A stretch of DNA of 60,887 nt, filler included. It is 5 parts of 5 records of this genome, joined end to end, with 100 filler letters (N's around TTAATTAATTAA, not from the genome) between each part and the next. Parts side by side here need not be neighbours in the genome. Positions count along the whole stretch, not along the records: positions 18,842 to 36,801 come from SRR31156797_23843; positions 36,902 to 46,596 come from SRR31156797_23862; 3 more parts are not named here. The stretch is one strand, 5' to 3'. Shown here piece by piece: positions 30,301 to 40,610 of the stretch (position 1 is its first letter; every line of letters begins with the position of its first letter). A program made the position numbers and the translations under genes. The notes beneath the pieces were generated by a model. The model was given only the letters and a program-made list of their open reading frames with translations, did no database searches and was not told the origin of the DNA.

Positions 30301-33300
30301 TATCTGGGGAATACCCGTATAGAGAACACCTACGCCCTGATCGATCTGACCCCGCCTGAGGACGTGAAATACTTCAGAGCCGTCCCCGGCAAAGACAGCA
30401 TGGAGGTCCGCTGGCTGAATGAAGATCCGGACGCGGTAAAGTTTCTTTTCACCACACCGGAAGACGGTGTTATAACTATCCATGCCGCTGACGGTGAAAT
30501 CCTTGATGAGGGAGAGTATGAGTACGGCTGGAAAGAGTCGGGCCTGAGCTCTGGGGATCAACGGGAGTTCTCTATCAGCAGCGTGGACGCTGCCGGCAAT
30601 ATCTCCGATCCTATCTCAATCACAGGTATGGTCGCCCTTGCGGAGAGCCGTGTGGAAGATATTGAAGAGGGAGAGGGTCTTGTAATCGAGTTTGAGAATG
30701 TATTCATGAACCTCGCTTCCGATGCTTTGGAGGACGATATAGCTACTATCTATACGCAAACTATTGAGTCTGAGGAATTAGAAGAAATAGCTGATAACAC
30801 TATAGTCGGCCCTATTTATAGCTTTTTTGCGGAAAACAAAGATGGAGATATAGTAAACCACTTGGAATTTGAGAATGATTTTATCGCATCCATTGATTAT
30901 GACGAATCGCAAGTTCCGGAGGGCATAGATGAAGAAGAGTTAGCTGTTTACTACTTCGATACGTTTTGGGGGACATGGTTCCGAGTGGAGAACAGTCTTG
31001 TGGATTCCGAATTGAATAAAATTGTTTTCTTTACGAACCATTTTACAGATTTCACAGTACAAGCTACGGAGATAGAAGATCTGAGTCCTGAGGAGTTGTC
31101 AAAGGCGGAATTCTCAAACTTTATGGGGACCGCAGGGCATGACCCTGTCTCTGTATCTCCCCAGAACGGGAGCCTGTCTACCTCAATGACAGATCTTTAT
31201 CTTCCTGGTAAAAATGGATTCGACTTCGCTTTGAGAAGGATTTATGGGATATCCACCGCTAGAGAAGATAGCAGAATCGGTTCCTTCAAAAACGGAAGTA
31301 TTGATATTACGGAGGGAGAACAGGACAAAATCACCAAAAAGTATGGTAGAGAACTCAGTTTTGGTCAGGGGTGGATGCTTGACCTTCCTCATGTGAAGAA
31401 AACAAATAAAACAGTAATGCTCGCCGTTCCAGGTGGCGGATACTATGACCTTGCAAGTCTTTCAACATATTTGAAAGATCCCAATACTAGTTTTACTGAT
31501 ATTTTTAAAAGAATTAATTTAAAAAATACTACAAATATTGCCGTATCGGATAATGATGAAATCAGTACTGTATATGAGAATCATGACGGAGATCATTTTA
31601 CTTTCGTTTTGAATCGGAAGAAAGTCTCTGCTTCTCAAGTAGATGACAACACGCCTATAAGAAATAGGCTTCAGTACTATGCAATGGTTTCCAGTGAATT
31701 ACATATGGCTGATGGAACTACATATTCTTTTGATAAAGATGGTCGTTTACTATTTATAGAAGATCCGACTAAGACAATGAAGATTGTATTAACTTATAAT
31801 GATGTTGGTACGATTAAACATATTGTTGATAGTTTAGGGCGTAAAATTGTATTTGAATACTCAGACGATACTTTTCCGGTGATTAAAAAGATATATGTGG
31901 AAGGTACTGATCGTGTAGTAGAATATAAACATTCATCAATTTACAAAAATGGGAGCTTAGCTCTAAATCTAACGATACCTCTTCTATCAGATGTTATTGA
32001 ATCAGGAAATGGTAATAGCAGAAGCTGGTCTTATGAATATACGGATAAACTTCTCAAAACGGAAGCTGCAAGGACAATCAGTGATAATATAAAGCACTAC
32101 CTTAAAGACCGCTTCCCTTCAGATGGTGATGAGCTTTCTTACTCAGATGTAGCCAAAAAAATCACTGATCTAGGATCTGCTGTATTATCTGCACTTGGTT
32201 ATACGTCTGTTGGCGCTGATCATCTTATTGTTGTAGATACGCTTTCGGGACCCGGACTGGGAGTCGTCGATGTGTCCTATACAAGTGAAAGGCCAAAGGC
32301 CGTTTATTATACTAACGGTGGATTGTTTAGTGGCAAAAACAAGCACACCAAGAAATTTGATGAAATATTGCAGGTTCAAACGTTAACAGAGAAAGCGGGA
32401 GATTCCCTTCCTGCTGTTACCTCAAGCTATAGCTATGACATTCACGGGTTTGAAAAAAAGGATGACGGTTACTACTACAATAGGCAGACGACTATAAATA
32501 ATGGATCTTTGAGAACCGTTTATGTATTTGATAAAGATATGGATACGGGCTATAGCTACGTTTCTATTAAACAGCCAAAGATTGATGATGATTCGGGATC
32601 GGATTCTGAAGGGGATACATATTTTGCAATAGGGCATCAACGATACAGATTCTGCGTTCCTTTGAATACTCAGATAAGCTATGAAATAAAAGATTCAAAT
32701 GGTAGTTGGATAACTGCTGAATCCACCTACATGGATTACGATGATGAACATCGCGTCATCCGGGAGAGAAGGATCAAGGGCGCGGGTGTTTATTCCCAGA
32801 CGAAATATAAATATGACGATTGGAGCAACTATTCAAGAATCCACTATAGCGAATACTCCGAACTGGGTAGCCTCTCGCAGATCACGACGAATACATATAA
32901 AGATGCCACGGATTTTGATCCTCATGCCCATGGTCTGATATCCTCAACAGTAGTTTCAAATTCCGTCAATTCTTCATTGGGGAATACCACGCCTTCGACA
33001 AAAAAGACGTTATACGGCTATAACGCTGTTAACCAGAGAGATTCTGTTAAAGAATGGTTGGGTGGAAACCGTTGGGCCGAAACGGTTTATCAATATTATG
33101 CTTCAAACCATGCATCCCAAGGAGGTCTGAAATCCATCACCTCACCCACAGGCCATGTCACCGAGTATCGCTATGCTTATCCCTCCGGAAGCGACTATAC
33201 GATTACCACAACTGAAAAGGATGTGAAGCTGTCCGATTCAGAGACGAAGGATCTTAAAACAATCGCAGTCTATGATTTTGAAACGGGTAACCTTGTGAGG

Positions 33301-36300
33301 AGTACGGATGCTGAGAACAATACGGTCAGCTTCGAATACGACGCTTTTAACCGGAAGATCAAAGAAACTCGCCCTGCTACTGAAGGGGAGGAATCTCCCG
33401 TCATCGATATCATCTATAACGATAGCGCTTTGACGACGACCCATGCGGATGCGATGGGTGCGGTGACTATCTATTCTTTTGACCTGAAAGGACAGCTTAA
33501 AAACATAGAAAAGGTCAATGGTTCGGAAACCGTCACGACGATACTGGAATACGATGCTTTCGGAAACATTACTAAAATCACAGATCCGAATGAGCATGCG
33601 ATCAACTACTCCTATGACGGCATGAACAGGCTGACTCTGGAGGACTTCGGTAACGGGATAACCCGCTCCTACGGATATGACGACTACAGCAATATTAAAA
33701 CGACTACGCTCGAGGACAAGGCAAAAATCTATGAAGCGTCAGACCTGAGTGGTAATGTCATCAGGAGAACAGAGGTGGATCGTGGCGACGCTGCTGGCAG
33801 GACCAGCTATGCCCTCTACGATGCGGACGGAAATATCACAACATCTATTGCCGCTAACGGACTGAAAAAGACCTATTTCTACAACACCAGAAGGCTCCTT
33901 GTCAGAGAGCAGAGCAGTGCTGTCCCTGGATATGACGGTAATGCTGAATATGAGGCCGGCAGCAAGGTCGAGTATCAGTACGACGATTCAGGTAACAGAA
34001 CCAGTGAAACCAGATGGATCGATCAGAACAGATCGGTAACCAGCAGTACTAAGCCTAACGGCATGGGGTGGGTGCTCTCTGAGTCAGTGCCCTTCAAAGA
34101 TTTTAATGGGACAGAGAAAACCTCAACGGTTGCATATGAATACGACCGTATGGGCCGTGTGGTCACGACTATCGATGGTAACGGTATAGATCGGCATACG
34201 GTATACTCCCCCCGTGGGCAGGTCATCGAAGAAGTAGATGGAGAAGGCCAGTCCGTAACTTATAAGTATGATCTGGAAGACCGCCTGAGATTTATGACCG
34301 ATCCCAGAGAGTCAATATACGGTGGGGATTTTACTATTGAGTACAGATACGATGATCTGGATCGTCTGATTAAGGGTTTACTTCCTGCAGGATTCAAGTC
34401 AGAAAAGCCAGAGGTCGCGTTGACCTATGATCCTCGCGGTAACCTTCGATTCAGAACAGAACCCGATGACGGTGTAACAGAGTATACCTATGATTTCAGA
34501 AACCGGATCGATTCTGAAACCAGAACCGGCTCAAGAGATAACGGTCAAACAGTCAGCTATAGAACCGAGTACGAATACGATGCTGTGGGCAACAGAACAC
34601 TTGTCCGTCAGCCCGACGGCAGGGAGTGGAAGAGCTTTTATGACGGTTTCAGGAACCTGATTCAGGAGACTCAGCCCAATAATACGGTCAAGAAGTATAA
34701 ATACGACTCTATGGATCAGCTTATTACCTATACCAACGGCATAGGCTTCAGAAGCTACTACAAATACGACCTTTACGGCAGAATGATAAGGGAGACCGAT
34801 GCCGAGGGATATAGTACCGAATACAGTTATGACCTCACCGGCAACAGAACACGTATGATAGATCCCCGAGGTAACGAGTGGACATACCGCTACGACGAGA
34901 TGGCCCGTATGATCCAGGAGAGCAATAGCCGAGGGAAAAAAGCCAGTTACGTCTATGATGAGGGCGGTAGGCTTGTAAGTCTTACCGATCCCAACAAAAC
35001 CAAGGTTAGCTACCTCTATAACCGCAACAACCAGCCTGTGGATGTCAGCTATGTCAACGACGCAAAAAGCCAGCAGGAAAGTCAGCGGGAAAGCTTTGTG
35101 TACGACGAAGGCGGTGCTGTTAAACAGGCGTCCATAGACGGCGTCACCAGCAGCTACAATATGCATAACGGTTCCTACCGGCCCGATCCCTATGGCCTAG
35201 TCACCAGCCATAAGAACAGCTTCGACGGTGTCAGCTACATCACTGACTACGCCTATGATGTAATGAACCGTCTGACCGAAGTCAGCTATCCCTCAACCTT
35301 GAAGGTCAGCCAGAGTTGGAACAACCTGGGACAGCTGGAAGAGGTAACTGGCTATGCCGATGACTTTCTCTACAACGTCAATGGCCTGATGACCGGTTAT
35401 ACCACAGCCAATGGGGTAGTAACTAACTACGATTACGACAGAAACAACAGGCTCAGTCTGCTGCAGCACAGTAAAGATTCTGAAGATTATGTCTCTTATA
35501 GCTACGGTTATGATAAAGAAGACAACATGCAGAGTAAGAACGACGACCTTTACGGTTACGATCCCAGAAACCAGCTGACCGTGGCCTATCTTACGGGACT
35601 GGTGTCCGAATCTGAGTTTGAGATCTCCGACGACTATAAGGATCTGACCCTGGCACAGGGAGATATCCTTGCCCATGTACAGGCCGAGCAGGTGGAAGAA
35701 GGCGAGGTTATACGTCTGGACGAAGGGGCCAACTCCCTGGTTATCGATTACGGCTACCCCTACAGGATGACCAAGGCCTCCATCATACCGTCCAGTAAGG
35801 ACCACAGGGGCTCTCTGGAGAATCTGGAGGTATACACCTCCATGTACGACAACGAGGGCTACTACAGCAAACCTGAGAACGTCAGCGTCTCCATCGATGA
35901 GGAAACGGGTGCTATCAGGATTAAGTTCGAAGAAGCCCTGTTCGCCCGCTTTATCAAGGTGCACAGCCACTTCAATGCTATGGACAACACAGGTTCGTCC
36001 ATAACGGGTATCGGTTCGTTCTCAGTGGATGGTGAGAGTTCAATAGAGGCTTATGCCATGGTGAGCGGCCGGAATGAGTTCTATAACTATGACGAGAAAG
36101 GCAACCGTACAGAGAAGCTTCTGATGACGGATGTCATAGAAGAGAGCCGCTATAAGATGTATGGCAACAGCGATCTGTTGAAATCAGTCAGCGATGGCTT
36201 CGGGTACATCTATGATAACAACGGAAATCTGATCAAAAAGAGTACGGGCTATGTCTCCACAGGCGACAACAGCATCGAACTGTATGCCCCCACTGATCCT

Positions 36301-36801
36301 CTGTTCCAGAAAGATTCGGATGACTACTATGAATACGAGTACGACCTGAAGAACCGCCTGCGGAGAGTTTTTAAATACAATAAAACCACGGACAGCTTAG
36401 AAAAAACGGCTGAATACTGGTATAATATCGATGGATACAGAATCAAAAAGGTGAACAAGACGAAAGAAGTCCACTATGTCTTCGACTTCCAGGGCAAGGT
36501 TCTGGAAGAGATAGACGTTACCAACAGTGAAACCATCTCATCGGTCTTCCTGAAATCAAGGCACCTTGCCAGAGTTTCAGGTGATGAAACCCTCTTCTAT
36601 GGCCTAGATCACCAGGGAACCACGGTTCTGGTCACAGATGAAACAGGTTCGGCCGTATGGTCTGCCGAGTCCAGCCCCTTTGGTGACCATGTAATGGGTG
36701 GTATCAAGATAAGGGAAGACTTGAAGCTGAAGTACACCGGAAAGGATTATGATGAAGACACCGACCTCTACTACTTCAATGCAAGGTGGTATGATGCGAG
36801 T
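27385..36801 (+). CDS. Giant secreted RHS/YD-repeat protein (>3139 aa), 3'-truncated
   Basis: Signal peptide ending TALGGFA; discoidin-like domains; Ig-like repeats (PLKEGLNQIQV, PLEEGDNEIQV..DLAGN); FN3; NHFTDF; DUF6531-type DPVSVSPQNG..LPG..RIY..FGQGW; many YD repeats; RHS core YTGKDYDEDTDLYYFNARWYD at the contig end. Confidence 0.9.
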
Positions 36802-36901
36802 NNNNNNNNNNNNNNNNNNNNNNNNNNNNNNNNNNNNNNNNNNNNTTAATTAATTAANNNNNNNNNNNNNNNNNNNNNNNNNNNNNNNNNNNNNNNNNNN
36901 N
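36802..36901. other. Artificial contig linker
   Basis: N44-TTAATTAATTAA-N44. Confidence 0.98.
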
Positions 36902-37267
36902 ATCGATCATCTCCTGCACTTCACCCAGGCCCTCCTGGTAAACCTTTCCCATCTCCCAGGAAACAAGTCTGCCAAGAGGTTCCTTGTATTTCCGCAGTTC
37001 GTTGCCAATCTGCCGCACGATCTCGCCCCGTTTGGGTGCCGGAACCATGCGCCAGTATTTAAAGGCTGCCTGTGCCTGTTCAACAATTTTTTCGTAATCA
37101 TCCCAGGTGGCTTGTTTTATGCCTGCAATTTTTTGCCCGTCGTTGGGTGAGTATGATTCGATGAGCTCACCGGAGGTTTCGAGCCATTCATTTCCATTGT
37201 GTGCCCCATGATTTACATCCGTTACACCAAGAGCAGCAAGGGTTTCCTTTAAGTTAAAATCACTCAT
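36902..37267 (-). CDS. Aldehyde dehydrogenase, ALDH7/piperideine-6-carboxylate dehydrogenase-like, 3'-truncated
   Basis: PAPKRGEIVRQIG..LGRLVSWEMGKVYQEGLGEVQEMID, typical of ALDH7. Confidence 0.85.
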
Positions 37268-37442
37268 GTTTGTTATTCGTTATTAGGTTTTTCGTAATTC
37301 CAATTTCGTTCATTAATCTCCCGGATAAACCCTGAATTATCACTTTATAATTCCAACCTGTTTATGGGATTGGAACTATAAACCAATAAAATGGAAAATT
37401 GATCAAATGAAAGGGAAATGTTTTTGGATTGGAATCAATCCA

Positions 37443-37820
37443 TTATTTCAGGTTTAACATGCTGGTTCTAAATTCCTCGAATGCCTGTGAAATTTTTTCG
37501 TCCACCTCATGATGAAACCGATCAAAAGCCTTAACAAGTTTTTGGCCCTGGTCCGATAGTTCGGAGGCACCACCTTCTTTGCCTCCACGAATTTTATTGA
37601 GCAATGGGAACCCAAGCTGTTGTTCAATCTTTTTCAGGTCGCCCCAGGTGCGGCGATAAGTGAGCCCGAGTTTCTGACAGGCTGCGGTTAGGGAACCCTC
37701 CTGTTCAACCGTTTTCAGGATTTTCCATTTTCCGTCTCCCAAAATCCCTTCGCCATCAGGTGTTTCGAGCCACATTTTGTGCTGAAGCTTAACGGTGTTT
37801 AAATCGATTTTTGAAGTCAT
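37443..37820 (-). CDS. ModE-like N-terminal winged-helix regulator without molybdate-binding domains
   Basis: LGDGK..ILKTVEQEGSLTAACQKLGLTYRRTW..GGKEGGASELS. Confidence 0.85.
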   Translation of the reverse strand: MTSKIDLNTVKLQHKMWLETPDGEGILGDGKWKILKTVEQEGSLTAACQKLGLTYRRTWGDLKKIEQQLGFPLLNKIRGGKEGGASELSDQGQKLVKAFDRFHHEVDEKISQAFEEFRTSMLNLK

Positions 37821-37835
37821 GGCATAAAATTACCG

Positions 37836-37875
37836 AAAAAAATAACCCATCTCTGAATGTATTCAAAGATGGGTT
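37836..37875 (-). terminator. Intrinsic terminator
   Basis: AACCCATCT..TGAAT/ATTCA..AGATGGGTT hairpin with an A-run on the left (U tract on minus). Confidence 0.7.
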
Positions 37876-37899
37876 TACTGTTAAATTTTATTTCCTTCT

Positions 37900-38442
37900 T
37901 TAAAGCGGGTTCGCTGTCATTTTTATTTTAAACTGGAATCTCACGGTGAAATTAAGCGGGCCTTCATTGCAGGCAGTATTATAGTTGAGCTGGAAAGTAT
38001 AGGGCTCTTCTTTAATCAGGCTTGCCATTCTGTCGATACCACCCTGCTCAATTGTAGCATCCTGGGCGTTTTCTTCGCCGAGAAGATTCGCCAACACCTG
38101 GTTTTCAAAGGATGCTATCAATTCTTCACCTGAGCCGTCTTCAGCAGCAACTTTGAGGGTGGCTTCAATGATTTCCTGGGTATCACTGCCATCATGAGCC
38201 GTAAGCCAGTACTTAACTTCAGTGATTTCGATCTGTTCAATTTTGTCTTTGTACTCGTTGATAAGATCACTTTGGTCAGTCATATTAACCACTTCGGTAA
38301 CCATCATAACAGTGTCAGTAGTATACACCTGCATCTCACTGGAATAATAAAAGTCCTCGTTAATGTTGAGCAGGTCATCCTCGCAGGAAGTAAAAACGAA
38401 TAATCCGGCGAAAAGCAAAAGGGGGAAAATCCTAAATTTCAT
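37900..38442 (-). CDS. Hypothetical lipoprotein
   Basis: Lipobox FTSC followed by acidic EDD, as in Bacteroidota surface lipoproteins. Confidence 0.8.
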   Translation of the reverse strand: MKFRIFPLLLFAGLFVFTSCEDDLLNINEDFYYSSEMQVYTTDTVMMVTEVVNMTDQSDLINEYKDKIEQIEITEVKYWLTAHDGSDTQEIIEATLKVAAEDGSGEELIASFENQVLANLLGEENAQDATIEQGGIDRMASLIKEEPYTFQLNYNTACNEGPLNFTVRFQFKIKMTANPL

Positions 38443-38480
38443 AATTCTAAGGTTTTTTAGTTATAATTATTTTGAGGGTG

Positions 38481-38488
38481 CAAAGATA
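38481..38488 (-). promoter_or_regulatory. Bacteroidota sigmaA -7 element
   Basis: TATCTTTG on minus matches TAnnTTTG. Similar elements at 43391-43398 (-), 44182-44189 (-) and 44315-44322 (+, TACCTTCG). Confidence 0.6.
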
Positions 38489-38533
38489 AGACGAAAACCA
38501 CTATTTTTCAAATTGAATGTTTAGTAATTCGCC

Positions 38534-39757
38534 TTAATTCCTGCAATTCAGCCGTGAGATCAATGGTATGGAGAGCATGGTAGACAGGGCTACAAAAATA
38601 AAAACGGTTTGAAATCCAAGTATAGAAATAAGTGTGCCGGCCAGGAGTGGAAATACCAGGGGTAACAGGTTGCCTGCACCTGCAATGCCTGTGTATATTG
38701 TCCGGTTTTCATCGGTGGAGATTTCTACGAGTATCCCGCTTTTGGCAATTTTATAAATGCTGAAAAACATCCCTGAAATTAAAAACACCACATGATATAA
38801 AAATACATTGTCAGAAAGGATTAGCGCCAATAGTGGTAAAATCATACCCACGATCATTCCAGTGTATAATATACCTTTATAGCCTTTTTTCCTGAAAAAG
38901 CCAAAAATCAACATACTGATGATAAACATGCCTGTGACACGGAACAACAGAAAATTCCCGACCGTTAAGTCGCTCAACCCAAATTTTTCTTTGGCCAGTA
39001 AAATAAAGAAAGGGAGTGTGGTCATTGCCATTCCCATAATATTTATGATAATCAGATAGTATTTCAGGTTTCGATTTTGTTTGACTTCATTGGGTATCAT
39101 CCTAATGAAATCCAATATGCTTTTACCGGGCCTGCTGCCTGATGGCACTTCTTTGATCATCCAAAAACCTCCTGAGGCCACCGAAAGCAAAAGTGCTGCA
39201 ATTAGAAAAAGCAGGCTGTAATTGGCCGGATAGCCAAAATATTTTAGCAGTTCACGAACAATCAATGCAGACAGCAGCAACCCCACGCTATTGATTGCCT
39301 GCTGTAAGGTGAAAAATTTCTTCCTTCGGTCGCTTAAAATAGATTTTCCCAGCATATCAACATATGAAACATTGGCAAAGGCCCCACTGAAAGAAAACAT
39401 CGCGATAAACACAAAGATCAGAACCAGCACTAATGAATCTGCTACCTGGTCGGAAAAGTAAAACAGCACGGCGATGCTTGCAATGGCAAACGTTCTCAGG
39501 TAAATTCCCATAAGCAGGAATTTCTTTTTGTAATCCTTCCCTGACAGAAAACCGGCAAAAACAAGTTGCATCAGGCTGGCACCACCAATCATGATGGCCG
39601 TGAGCAGACCGATTGCGAAAGATCCCCCACCCGCTTTAACCAGCATTGCCGACAAAATGGTGTCAACATCCATAAAGCTGGTGGTAAGCGCAAGAAAAAA
39701 TGCATGCCAGAGAAATGCCCTGAAATTATGTTTGGAGTTTTTTGCAGAAATGATCAT
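38534..39757 (-). CDS. MFS transporter
   Basis: About 12 hydrophobic segments in a 6+6 arrangement, 407 aa. Confidence 0.85.
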   Translation of the reverse strand: MIISAKNSKHNFRAFLWHAFFLALTTSFMDVDTILSAMLVKAGGGSFAIGLLTAIMIGGASLMQLVFAGFLSGKDYKKKFLLMGIYLRTFAIASIAVLFYFSDQVADSLVLVLIFVFIAMFSFSGAFANVSYVDMLGKSILSDRRKKFFTLQQAINSVGLLLSALIVRELLKYFGYPANYSLLFLIAALLLSVASGGFWMIKEVPSGSRPGKSILDFIRMIPNEVKQNRNLKYYLIIINIMGMAMTTLPFFILLAKEKFGLSDLTVGNFLLFRVTGMFIISMLIFGFFRKKGYKGILYTGMIVGMILPLLALILSDNVFLYHVVFLISGMFFSIYKIAKSGILVEISTDENRTIYTGIAGAGNLLPLVFPLLAGTLISILGFQTVFIFVALSTMLSIPLISRLNCRN

Positions 39758-39829
39758 CTAAGGATCTTTTATTGTTCGTTAGTGACTGTGTTTGTTGGGG
39801 ATTTTTGATGCCTGTTTTTTACTTCAATT

Positions 39830-40576
39830 TTATATTTGAAGTGCTGTGATTTCACGGTTTCCTGTATCAAAAACCATAATTCCATTTTGTTTTTTGCCAC
39901 GTGCTATGCATGGGCCAATCACTGCTGTTCCCAGTTCCAATTTCACGGTTTTACCGAAATTATATATGTTGTGGCCATGCGCTGAAGTAACAGATACCCC
40001 TTCGGTGTGGCCATGCCCTGAAAAACTGAAGTCAAATTGCCGCGCTGATATCCAATTAAAATGAGGCTCGAAATCTTTTTCATGCTCAACAAAGCCAACT
40101 GCTGAACCCGTTACATTGGGATAAATGTAATGTGTGAAAAGCAGTCGAAACTCTCCTGTAAAAATATGCCCGGTTTCAGGTAATGAATCAAGATACGTTT
40201 TTTCAGGTTTCGACATGAGGCTGGACAACTCGGTTTCCTCGTAGAGCCAAATTTTACCTTCACCCATGCTTTTCCGGGTTTTGTAATCCAAACCATACCA
40301 GTTGTCTTCGTAAACAAATCCACCACGATATCCGGGGGTTTTCCGAATGGCAAAATAATCATGGTTGCCGGGAATCACCTTGCTGCAGTGCTTTTTAATG
40401 CTTTGAACACAGGCTGTGGCATCCCGCTCCTGCATAAAATTGCATGACTCAACATTAAACCCGACTATATCACCAAGACAGATGATTTCATCCACCTGCA
40501 ACGAATCCAGTAATTTGAGCGCCCGCTCAAGGTTTTTAATGTCTTCGTGAATGTCGCTGACGAATCCTATGATCAT
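39830..40576 (-). CDS. Calcineurin-like metallophosphoesterase
   Basis: SDIH, LGDIVG, GNHD, FTH and GHGH motifs. Confidence 0.9.
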   Translation of the reverse strand: MIIGFVSDIHEDIKNLERALKLLDSLQVDEIICLGDIVGFNVESCNFMQERDATACVQSIKKHCSKVIPGNHDYFAIRKTPGYRGGFVYEDNWYGLDYKTRKSMGEGKIWLYEETELSSLMSKPEKTYLDSLPETGHIFTGEFRLLFTHYIYPNVTGSAVGFVEHEKDFEPHFNWISARQFDFSFSGHGHTEGVSVTSAHGHNIYNFGKTVKLELGTAVIGPCIARGKKQNGIMVFDTGNREITALQI

Positions 40577-40610
40577 TTTGATTTACCCTTCTTGTAGGTT
40601 GGCCGAAAAA

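Noticed and set aside
28444-30561. 264-aa and 329-aa minus-strand ORFs as immunity or nested genes
   Set aside because: Antisense shadows of the RHS gene, expected from its codon bias; no RBS or domain evidence.
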